DNA from: Nitrosospira multiformis ATCC 25196
GTDB taxonomy: Bacteria > Pseudomonadota > Gammaproteobacteria > Burkholderiales > Nitrosomonadaceae
NCBI RefSeq assembly: GCF_000196355.1
Contig: NC_007614.1
Coordinates: 1,350,001 to 1,382,000, forward strand
Direction: 5' to 3'
Length of the DNA: 32,000 bases
The translations under genes and the position numbers were made by a program. Of the stretch, positions 20,301 through 27,019 are shown one piece after another. Under the pieces are notes generated by a model. That model saw only the letters and a list, made by a program, of their open reading frames with translations, searched no databases and was not told the origin of the DNA. Within the stretch, counting starts at the first letter, position 1. Each line of letters starts with the position of its first letter.

Positions 20301-23042
20301 AACGAAGATCACTCAAGTTACCGCCAGCAACTGCATGATCACATCATGGGGCTTCTGGCCGGGAGTGCGGAAGCTCATGTGCTCGATCGGCCAGGCGGTA
20401 TTTTCATCCGGCGTGGGGAGCAGATTGCTCCGGAAGACCGGATTCTGATGCAGGCCGTGGCGCGCGTGATTATTCTCGACACGAATGGGAAACTGGTCGA
20501 GCAGTTGACGAGCCGCCTTCCGGCCGACCTTCCGCTGCGGCCACACCCCCTGAAACCGGTGCGGCGCTCCAGCCCCGAAAAACCCCCGGTATTGCCGCAA
20601 CGGAATCTATTGTTTAATAACGGTTTTGGTGGTTTTGCTTCCGATGCGCGCGAATACGTCATCACTGTTGGGCAGGAGCAGAGAACCCCGGTTCCCTGGT
20701 CAAATATTCTGGCGAATCCGCAATTCGGGACGGTTATCTCCGAAAGCGGAAATGTTTATACCTGGTGTGAGAATGCCCATGAATACCGGCTGACTCCATG
20801 GCATAACGACCCGGTCTGCGATTCCAGTGGAGAGGCCTACTATCTGCGGGACGAAGAAAGCGGAGATTTCTGGTCACCCGCTCCCCTTCCGAGTCCTGGA
20901 GCCGCTTCCTACGTTACCCGCCACGGATTCGGCTACAGTGTATTCGAACATGCAGGAAAGGGGGTTTTTTCCGAACTCTGGATTTATGTTGCTCGCGACG
21001 TTCCGGTCAAGTTCGTTGTATTGCGGATTCGCAACGATTCCGGCCGGTTCCGGAGACTTTCCGCAACAGGGTACGTGGAGTGGGTGTTAGGAGACCTTCC
21101 CGAGAAGACGCGAATGCATGTGGTCACGGAGATCGATCCGGCAAGCGGGGTGCTGCTTGCGCGCAATCCCTACAATAACGAGTTTTCAAGTCGGGTAGCG
21201 TTTTTCGATGTCGATGACAGAACGCAAAGTGTAACGGGTGACCGGACGGAATTTATCGGGCGCAATGGACGAATGCGAAATCCCGCAGGTATGATTGCTC
21301 AGGATCTTTCGGGCCGGGTAGGAGCGGGACTGGATCCCTGCGGCGCTATCCGTGTTCCTTTTGATTTGCCCGAGGGCGCGACGCGCGAGGTTGTTTTTCG
21401 CCTGGGCGCGGGCCTTCACCGTGAAGCTGCGCTGGAAACCGTCCAGAGGATGCGCGGACTACAAGTGGCACATGATGAACTTGAAAAGGTGCGCCGCTAC
21501 TGGGACCGAACGCTCGGGGGTGTGCAGGTGGAAACCCCTGATCCATCCGTCAACGTGATGGTCAATGGCTGGCTGCTGTATCAGGTAATTGCCTGTCGTC
21601 TCTGGGGGCGCAGCGGATACTACCAATCCGGGGGCGCTTTTGGATTCCGCGATCAATTGCAGGATGTGATGGCGCTGGTTCATGTTGAACCCGCTCTGGT
21701 ACGCGAGCACTTGTTGCGGGCTGCGGCCCGCCAGTTTATCGAAGGGGATGTTCAGCACTGGTGGCATCCTCCGGTGGGCCGCGGTATCAGAAGCCGCTGC
21801 TCGGATGATTACCTCTGGCTGCCGCTGGTTGCTTGTCACTATGTCGTTGCCACCGGGGATACCGGAGTACTGACCGAGACAGTGTCCTTTCTTGAAGGCC
21901 GCCCTGTCGCTCTGGACGAGGAATCATACTATGATTTGCCTGCTCATTCCGCGCAGGTATCCAGTCTGTATGACCATTGTGTTCGCGCCATCACGCATGG
22001 GTTGCGGTTTGGGGAACATGGTCTTCCTTTGATGGGTACAGGGGACTGGAACGATGGGATGAATCTCGTCGGTTTCCATGGCCGGGGTGAAAGCATCTGG
22101 CTCGGTTTTTTCCTGTATGACATTCTCATTCAATTTTCCGATCTCGCTGTCGGGCACGGCGACGCGGCCTTTGCCGAACGATGCAAGAAGGAAGCAGACA
22201 AGCTGGGCAAGAATATCGAACAGCACGGCTGGGATGGAAAGTGGTATCTCCGCGCCTATTTCGACGATGGTTCTCCACTGGGTTCTTCCAGCAATACCGA
22301 ATGCCGCATTGACTCGATCGCGCAAAGCTGGTCGGTTTTATCTCGCGGGGGCTCCCCCCAGCGGCAGCGGGAGGCGATGCAAGCGGTAGATGAACAACTG
22401 GTCCGTCGGGATGCTCGCCTGATTCAGCTTCTCGATCCCCCTTTCGATCACTCAGACCTCGATCCGGGTTATATCAAGGGGTATGTGCCGGGCGTGCGGG
22501 AGAACGGGGGACAATATACGCATGCAGCGATATGGGCAACAATGGCCTTTGCAGTCCTGCGCGATCATAAACGGGCATGGGAACTGCTTTCCATGATCAA
22601 TCCTGTAAATCACGGCCGATCCTTGGAGGCTGTATCGGTTTACAAGACCGAGCCCTATGTCGTCTCAGCCGATGTTTACGCGGTGCTTCCTCATACGGGC
22701 CGGGGGGGATGGTCGTGGTACACAGGTTCCGCCGGTTGGTTATACCGCCTGATGCTGGAAACAATGCTGGGTCTTACAAGGGAAGGGGCGAAACTTCATT
22801 TCAATCCCTGCCTGCCGCAAGACTGGACCAGTTTTACGGTGAAATACCGCTATGGAGAAACCGTCTATCCGATCAGTGTTAACCAGGCAGACATCGATCC
22901 GGACGAGGAGGTCGTTATCGCTGACGGTACCGAGCAGCGCGAGTTGACTCTCAGCCTAGTCGATGACAGAGCCCCTCACAATGTAGAAGTGCGGGTGAGC
23001 CGCTCTCGCGATAGCTCACACAACAATGAGCCCGAGCCATGA
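14325..23042 (+). CDS. ndvB: Cyclic beta-1,2-glucan synthase (NdvB/ChvB type: GT84, glucoamylase-like and GH94 regions)
   Basis: Single 2905 aa ORF starting with TTG, with upstream GGAGAA SD. Features: hydrophobic spans; ITLDTDTQLPREIVHQFVGAMAHPLNRP; GLGIKRGLGEDLVIAPYASALAL; GH94-like CDYWGNFCYLRDIASGEFWSNTYQP; and C-terminal WYTGSAGWLYRLMLETMLGLTREGAKLHFNPCLPQDW. Confidence 0.93.
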   Translation: MNVKGIPVSELLRPVTARLRNIGKPRIPLNEELPLRSELFGADQMELYGGILAASHELSSARGTDQLLARLDENEATLFNICRVLTEAVMADKLLTPAGEWLYDNFYLVEEQIRIAKRHLPKSYSRELPLLAKGASANLPRVYDIALQAISHGDGRVDTESLRRFVTAYQSVVNLQLGELWAIPIMLRLSLIENLRRVGVHVAAGRADRNLADTWADEIIRVAAKDPKSLVLVIADMARSNPPMTTPFISELVRRLQGQGPTLVLPLTWIEQRLAESNQTIDQLVQLGNQQQAADQVSISNSINSLRSLGAIDWREFVETTSVVEQTLREDPSGIYADMDFASRDHYRHVVERLAKVSPLSEVDVARTALRLAHNPATSTAGENVKEHVGFYLTGDGLADLEEAIKVRWSLHEQFWRTARKYPLFWYLSSIAFVTLGLTSALLVEALEDGANGWLLGLVGILALLAMSQLAVALVNWASPFLVKPHLLPRLDFSSGIPSSFQTLVVVPTMLSRESEVAALVEALEVRFLANQDENVYFGLLTDFMDANQETLPEDDSLLRIARTGIEDLNRKYANHSAGNMIGGMNGAPEASAQKQETRFFLFHRPRRWNPQEGVWMGHERKRGKLADLNALLRGEGREAFSVVVGNTDLLVNIKYVITLDTDTQLPREIVHQFVGAMAHPLNRPRLKRTSGNAVVTEGYGILQPRVAVTLSSTNRSRYAWLFGGEAGIDPYTRVVSDVYQDLFYEGSFIGKGIYDVDAFEQSVCRRFPENRILSHDLLEGCYARAGLLSDVQLYEQFPSRYSADVSRRHRWIRGDWQLASWLLARVPGPGGSNQPNPLSILSRWKLMDNLRRSLVPVALLLLLLVGWLALDNAWFWTLVVIGTVIIPSAITMASDLLKRQGDAPLRAHVITTLRTGGRHFAQNLFGLVCLPYEAYFSLDAILRTHVRLLLTHRRLLEWTPSHLAEREYDSTNRWGGVGASFRSMWIAPATAVAAGAGMMVVAPVALISALPILLLWGAAPFIAWWISQPLPLRSTELNKGQIHFLRQTSRRTWYFFENFVNSENNWLPPDNFQEHPVPTVAHRTSPTNMGLALLANVTAYDFGYIGPLQLIERTRNTLESMETLERHAGHFYNWYDTQTKTPLTRYVSSVDSGNLAGHLLTLRVALMAIADRPIVHEELFQALADTLQILESTPGSEAASTPLSQFGKALRLARENSPHAPFSLHAELDRLTAFSREIMHEIEKARRASTGQEPLEWARALNRQCELALTELAHFMPSAALEDRNTPAEIPSLRQLAHQGGEAAREHLAALERLVFQAGEMAKMEYGFLFNPAQRQLAIGYNVGEQRRDASYYDLLASEARFTNFVAIAQGQLPQESWFALGRMLTAHDGETALLSWSGSMFEYLMPLLVMPTFENTLLDQTCKAAVNRQIAYGRERGVPWGISESGYNAVDVQFNYQYRAFGVPGLGIKRGLGEDLVIAPYASALALMIAPEAACRNLEELTALGMMGKFGFYEALDYTPSRLRRGETYAIVRSFMAHHQGMSFLSLAYLLLDRPMQRRFDSEPIFQATMLLLQERIPKATVIRSPIAELPDVRVIKELPEMPIRLLSTANTPIPEVQLLSNGRYHVMVTNSGAGSSRWKDLAITRWREDGTCDYWGNFCYLRDIASGEFWSNTYQPVLKEPKRYGVVFSEGRVEFRRRDLDFDTHTEITVSPEDDIELRRVRITNRAWTRREIEITSYAEVVLAPAIADAQAPAFGNLFVQTEILADRHAILCSRRPRSQSDLVPWMFHLMTVDGVTPDAASYETSRMAFIGRGNDVSAPAAMMEAEPLSGSSGSVLDPVVAIRKRMMLEPGESAIVDIVTGAGDSRHAVMHLVEKYQDQHLKNRVFDLAWTHSLVVLRQLNATETDAQLFGRMAGSILYASPYLRADEALLSKNRQGQSGLWGYAISGDLPIVLLQITDMANIDLVRQLVQAHAYWRVKGMAVDLVIWNEDHSSYRQQLHDHIMGLLAGSAEAHVLDRPGGIFIRRGEQIAPEDRILMQAVARVIILDTNGKLVEQLTSRLPADLPLRPHPLKPVRRSSPEKPPVLPQRNLLFNNGFGGFASDAREYVITVGQEQRTPVPWSNILANPQFGTVISESGNVYTWCENAHEYRLTPWHNDPVCDSSGEAYYLRDEESGDFWSPAPLPSPGAASYVTRHGFGYSVFEHAGKGVFSELWIYVARDVPVKFVVLRIRNDSGRFRRLSATGYVEWVLGDLPEKTRMHVVTEIDPASGVLLARNPYNNEFSSRVAFFDVDDRTQSVTGDRTEFIGRNGRMRNPAGMIAQDLSGRVGAGLDPCGAIRVPFDLPEGATREVVFRLGAGLHREAALETVQRMRGLQVAHDELEKVRRYWDRTLGGVQVETPDPSVNVMVNGWLLYQVIACRLWGRSGYYQSGGAFGFRDQLQDVMALVHVEPALVREHLLRAAARQFIEGDVQHWWHPPVGRGIRSRCSDDYLWLPLVACHYVVATGDTGVLTETVSFLEGRPVALDEESYYDLPAHSAQVSSLYDHCVRAITHGLRFGEHGLPLMGTGDWNDGMNLVGFHGRGESIWLGFFLYDILIQFSDLAVGHGDAAFAERCKKEADKLGKNIEQHGWDGKWYLRAYFDDGSPLGSSSNTECRIDSIAQSWSVLSRGGSPQRQREAMQAVDEQLVRRDARLIQLLDPPFDHSDLDPGYIKGYVPGVRENGGQYTHAAIWATMAFAVLRDHKRAWELLSMINPVNHGRSLEAVSVYKTEPYVVSADVYAVLPHTGRGGWSWYTGSAGWLYRLMLETMLGLTREGAKLHFNPCLPQDWTSFTVKYRYGETVYPISVNQADIDPDEEVVIADGTEQRELTLSLVDDRAPHNVEVRVSRSRDSSHNNEPEP

Positions 23043-23051
23043 GCCCGAGCC
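23026..23051 (+). repeat. 13-bp perfect tandem duplication spanning the ndvB stop codon
   Basis: ATGAGCCCGAGCC at 23026-23038 is repeated exactly at 23039-23051. Confidence 0.95.
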
Positions 23052-23184
23052 GTTGAATATGTGCCACGTCGCCTCTGGATTATCGATTTATGCCACTTTA
23101 CTCCGCGCATGGGTAGTAAGGGCTGGATCGGGTTGAGCGAGATGGAGTTCCCTTCCCGAGAGTCCAATCTTGCTCAAGCCCAGA

Positions 23185-23784
23185 TTATAGGGAATGACCA
23201 GGAGCGTGAGCGGAACGAGACGGAAGCCGACAAGGGGCGTCGTCAGGAGGAGAATGGGCGAATATGCGTGGGGAAATCCTGGCAGCCGGAGTAGAGGGAG
23301 CTTTTATTGGCGTGCCTTGTCTTGCTGACGGATGCGCCCCAGGCATGGGGGAGTGGATAAACCCGCTTGTCAGGGCGCGGGTATAACGCTGGAGTAGATA
23401 ACGCAGAGGGCTTCCCAACTCAAACTCGCTTCTCAGGCTTGCGGCACTGAGGCGATAAGCGTAGCCCGCGGTTGCCACCAGAGCCTGAGTCGGCGCGATC
23501 TTTCTCCCCATCAGCATGGAAATACCGAATACCCCTTCCTTGCCGATAGCGGCAATTTTTACCGTCTCTCCTTTATCGGAAACAGTAAGCAGGGAAATGA
23601 CGCTGCTGGTGGGGAAATACACCAGGTCCAGCTCGCCCCCGTTTTCATAGACCGGCCAGCCTTGTGAGAGTGCGACAAGTTCAAGGGAAGGTTGCAAACG
23701 TTCATAATCCTTTTGAGGGAGAGCCGCTAACAAAAGATTTTGACTGTGAGAAAGGTTTTGCGTGGGAGTAAGAATATGTGACAT
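23185..23784 (-). pseudogene. Crp/Fnr-like regulator fragment: effector domain retained, HTH domain absent
   Basis: NLLLAALPQKDYERLQPSLELV...LDLVYFPTSSVISLLTVSDKGETVKIAAIGKEGVFGISMLMG...LLQRYTRALTS aligns with the 12911-13633 product. After RYTRALTS the sequence is low-similarity (GFIHSPMPGAHPSARQG...) with no QQLCRWLLL or HTH motif. Confidence 0.6.
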
Positions 23785-23917
23785 GTGTTCCTCACTATTC
23801 GGCGGTCCAATAAAAATTTTTCCTTTGTTCTTCGAAAGAGATTACCTGTCAATTTACACCGCGGTATGTGCGGTGCCAGACAGACATGTGCTTTGAAAAA
23901 AGAAAAAATCGGTTATG

Positions 23918-23929
23918 CTCGTGCACGAG
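23918..23929. promoter_or_regulatory. Perfect 12-bp palindrome CTCGTGCACGAG upstream of the DUF883 gene
   Basis: The sequence equals its reverse complement. It lies 53 nt before ATG 23982. Confidence 0.4.
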
Positions 23930-23981
23930 ATAAGGAATGTTCGATTTGATTTACTCTATTCACAGCTCATAGGAGGTTGTA

Positions 23982-24296
23982 ATGGTTAGAACCGGCAGGG
24001 GAAGCAAAGAAAAACTCATCAAAGATTTCCGTTCGGTTATTGCTGACACAGAAGAATTAATGAAGCTCGTAAGCAACGAGGGGGAAGGCAAGGCGCAAAT
24101 GGTGCGGGACAAGCTTAACCAGAACCTGAATGTAGCCAAGGAATATTTACGTAATTTTGAGGATGTGGTGGTGGATAAATCCAGAGTCGCCGCACGTGCT
24201 ACTGATGAATACGTACATGAGAATGCATGGCAGACGGTCGGGCTGGCGATTGCCGTGGGGATCCTGGTCGGGTATTTGATAAGCCCGCGCGATTAG
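23982..24296 (+). CDS. DUF883 / ElaB-YqjD family protein
   Basis: 104 aa. KLIKDFRSVIADTEELMKLVSNEGEGKAQMVRDKLNQNL...ATDEYVHENAWQTVGLAIAVGILVGYLISPRD has the family-typical helical N-terminus and C-terminal glycine-rich TM. Confidence 0.88.
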   Translation: MVRTGRGSKEKLIKDFRSVIADTEELMKLVSNEGEGKAQMVRDKLNQNLNVAKEYLRNFEDVVVDKSRVAARATDEYVHENAWQTVGLAIAVGILVGYLISPRD

Positions 24297-24426
24297 CCAG
24301 GAACTGTGATGGAGAAGCGGGGGCAAGGGAAAAGGATCGATGATATTCGCCAGGAAAAGCATCCTGAAAACCATCCCGCTGTTTAGGCGACATTTGGTGC
24401 TCCCTTAAAAAAACGATCTCTGAGCC

Positions 24427-24433
24427 AAGGAGG
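24427..24433 (+). promoter_or_regulatory. Shine-Dalgarno AAGGAGG for the SGNH hydrolase gene
   Basis: Located 7 nt before ATG 24441. Confidence 0.75.
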
Positions 24434-24440
24434 ACTGACA

Positions 24441-25454
24441 ATGAAAATATCAACAACAGTTGTCGCACTTGTCGTGTTGCTGTCTGGCGGAAGCGCCGGT
24501 GCTGCTTCCCCTTTCAGCAGTCTTATCGTATTCGGAGACAGCCTGTCCGATGTGGGAGACAATCCTTCCGGCGTCAACAGTCTTTACAAAGAGCTCGGCG
24601 GTAATTGCGATCCCTTGCATCCCTGCCTGCCATCACAACTTGGGCCGTCGTATGATGGTGGCCGCTTCTCCAACGGGCCCGTCGCCTCGGAGTATCTGGC
24701 GAAAAACCTCTTTCCCGCCGGCGTAAATACGGCTAATTTTCAGGGCTATGCCGTCGCGGGTGCGACGTCGGGTAACCACAACGTCGGTAATGATGCTGAT
24801 CCAACAGGAATATTGAACTTGCCGGGCATGCAGCAGGAGGTGAATCTCTACCTGAGTAATGCAGGCGGAGCAGCAGATCCAAACGCGTTGTACTTCGTAT
24901 GGGGCGGAAGCAATGATTATCTTATCCATGATTCTCCCGTTCAGGCCGCCCGAAACATAGGAAGTTATGTGAATGTGCTTGCAGCGGCGGGAGCGAGGAA
25001 TTTTCTTGTGCCAAACCTGCCTGATCTCGGTCTTACCCCATCCGCCAGGATGGATAACGAAGTGTCGCTGGCGCACGACTATTCCGTAGTGTTCAATACG
25101 GAATTGGCGAGTCAGCTCGGAAGTCTCGATGGCACTTTTCCAGGGTTAAACATACAGCGCTTCGACACCTTCTCGTTATTGAACGATGTCGTCCAGAATC
25201 CGATGAACTATGGACTTACCGATGTGACCAATCCGTGTTTCACCCTGCTGGGGGTTACATGCGACAATCCCGAGGTACGTCTCTTCTGGGATGATTTTCA
25301 TCCCACCACCAACGCTCACGCGATTCTCGGTGCGGCTTTCGCGGCTGCAGTGCCGGAACCAGCAACGATCTTTATGTTCATGCTTGGCCTGCTGGTGCTT
25401 GCCTCCACAGCAGGCAGGAGACAAAAAACCATGCCGGCGCGGCGGCAGGTATAA
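24441..25454 (+). CDS. SGNH/GDSL-type esterase-like protein with PEP-CTERM sorting signal
   Basis: Signal peptide, GDS block (IVFGDSLSDVGDN), WGGSNDYL and DDFHPTTNAHAIL catalytic-type blocks. C-terminal VPEPATIFMFMLGLLVLASTAGRRQK. Confidence 0.9.
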   Translation: MKISTTVVALVVLLSGGSAGAASPFSSLIVFGDSLSDVGDNPSGVNSLYKELGGNCDPLHPCLPSQLGPSYDGGRFSNGPVASEYLAKNLFPAGVNTANFQGYAVAGATSGNHNVGNDADPTGILNLPGMQQEVNLYLSNAGGAADPNALYFVWGGSNDYLIHDSPVQAARNIGSYVNVLAAAGARNFLVPNLPDLGLTPSARMDNEVSLAHDYSVVFNTELASQLGSLDGTFPGLNIQRFDTFSLLNDVVQNPMNYGLTDVTNPCFTLLGVTCDNPEVRLFWDDFHPTTNAHAILGAAFAAAVPEPATIFMFMLGLLVLASTAGRRQKTMPARRQV

Positions 25455-25521
25455 GTGCAGATGTCGAAGTGATAGAGGTGAGGATATTGCCTGAAACGGT
25501 TTCCACGATATTTCCGTTCCC

Positions 25522-25827
25522 ATGCTGGTGACATTCAAGACTTCTGCCCATGCTGACATCATCATGTTCGGTGACGTTGCAAAACAGTTGCTGAAGATGA
25601 TGGGGCATAGTGGGACCATACCCAGTGCGATGGTGGCGGATGAAGTACCTGCAGCGCTCGAGCGTCTGAAGCATGCCGTCGAGGCGGAAAGAGCGGAAGA
25701 GGCAAAGCCCCGGGACAATGCCGAACAGGCTGATGACCAGAGTGTGAGCCTGAAGTATCGCGCCTTACCACTGATTGAACTGCTCTCCGCAGCAGTCCGG
25801 AAGCACTGTGACGTGATGTGGGAATAA
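25522..25827 (+). CDS. DUF1840 family protein
   Basis: 101 aa. MLVTFKTSAHADIIMFGDVAKQLLKMMGHSGTIPSAMVADEVPAALERLKHAVE resembles DUF1840; the C-terminus LSLKYRALPLIELLSAAV-type segment is also typical. Confidence 0.8.
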   Translation: MLVTFKTSAHADIIMFGDVAKQLLKMMGHSGTIPSAMVADEVPAALERLKHAVEAERAEEAKPRDNAEQADDQSVSLKYRALPLIELLSAAVRKHCDVMWE

Positions 25828-25884
25828 GACCTGGGAAGGACTGAACAAAATCCCTCGCGGAAGATAACCAGGAGGCGCGCCCCG

Positions 25885-26307
25885 GTGGGACCGATTGGGC
25901 GTTATCCAGGAAGAAAGGTACCCTTGCAAATCGCGTTTCTCCTCTATCCTGGCGTGACTGCCTTGGACGTGGTTGGCTCCTGGGAGGTATTGTCTCGCAT
26001 GCCCGATACCGAGATACGGTTTGTCGGTAAAGAAGCGGGGCCGGTCATGAGCGAGGGCGACGCCTTACTCCTCGGTGCCGCATACACTTTGACGGAGACT
26101 CTCTCACCTGACATTGTAGTGGTCCCGGGTGGATTGACCACTCCCAGGCAAATGGTCGACGATGAGGTGCTCGCCTGGCTTCGCAAGGTTCATCAGACTA
26201 CCATCTGGACGATTTCGGTCTGCACGGGCGCGCTGATCCTGGCCTGGACCATCGCATGCCTGTCGACCAGCGTAGACTCATTCCCAAAATTGCCTGGCGG
26301 CGCATGA
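25885..26307 (+). pseudogene. DJ-1/PfpI family protein, C-terminally truncated
   Basis: LQIAFLLYPGVTALDVVGSWEVLSRMPDTEIRFVGKEAGPV...DIVVVPGG...ISVCTGALILA is DJ-1/PfpI-like with the nucleophilic Cys. The ORF then diverges and ends about 20 aa later; family members usually continue with a His-containing block. Confidence 0.6.
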
Positions 26308-26455
26308 TCGACCTCCTTCGCACCCGGCAATAACTCCAACCCTCGATGCGCTGGAATGACCCGCTACACTCGATTTCAAATCAAGACTGATTTCAGTTGA
26401 ATAGTATGAGTGCAGGGTAATTGACTCTTGAAGGGCTAGGCTTGGGTTACTGCTC

Positions 26456-26485
26456 TTGACAGGTGCCCGTAATCAATCGTTTATC
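26456..26485 (+). promoter_or_regulatory. Weak candidate promoter upstream of the Pmp3 gene
   Basis: Perfect TTGACA at 26456-26461, 18-nt spacer, weak -10 TTTATC at 26480-26485. Confidence 0.2.
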
Positions 26486-26561
26486 CACGCAAGTGCCGGG
26501 TAAATTTATCTTTTCGGCAGAATGAGCAATAATAGTCATTCAACCCCTTTAAAGGCTGCGT

Positions 26562-26768
26562 ATGCGTTTGATTATTGCTTTTCTCCTCCCTTGGCTAACC
26601 TTCTTCACAATTGGCCGGCCCATTACGGGCGTTATCTGTTTGCTTCTGCAAATAACGCTTATCGGCTGGATTCCTGCGACGATTTGGGCAGTGTACGCAT
26701 TGAGCCAGTATAAGACGGATCAAAAAATCGAAAAGGCTCTCAATCAAAGACGTGCAGAACCTCCGTAA
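26562..26768 (+). CDS. YqaE/Pmp3 family small membrane protein
   Basis: 68 aa. MRLIIAFLLPWLTFFTIGRPITGVICLLLQITLIGWIPATIWAVYALSQYKTDQKI is the two-helix Pmp3/YqaE pattern. Confidence 0.85.
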   Translation: MRLIIAFLLPWLTFFTIGRPITGVICLLLQITLIGWIPATIWAVYALSQYKTDQKIEKALNQRRAEPP

Positions 26769-26833
26769 GAGGTGATAACACGATTAGCTCTTTATCAAGC
26801 GTCAATTGTAATCAGGTCAGACAGGGAGTTCAG

Positions 26834-26853
26834 CTAAGGTTACATGACCTTAG
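26834..26853. promoter_or_regulatory. Perfect 7-bp inverted repeat CTAAGGT-TACATG-ACCTTAG
   Basis: Read directly; located between the Pmp3 gene and the 3' end of the PEP-CTERM gene. Confidence 0.35.
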
Positions 26854-27019
26854 GGCGAAGATGAGACAGCACTCTCTGGAAAATGTAAATGTCGCGGTCA
26901 TGCTGAGAGGTGATGAGTGACTTTAACGACCCTCATCCTTTCCTACTCATCTGGTAATAATTGCCACTGCATGGCGGGGGGAGCCGTCCGATCGGGACGG
27001 CAACATCCGGCAGGGGAGA

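Noticed and set aside
14368-22325. Many 60-140 aa ORFs on both strands within ndvB
   Set aside because: Expected by chance in an 8.7-kb GC-rich gene; none shows a recognisable family.
24309-24386. 25-aa ORF MEKRGQGKRIDDIRQEKHPENHPAV after the DUF883 gene
   Set aside because: Too short to support without conservation or expression data.
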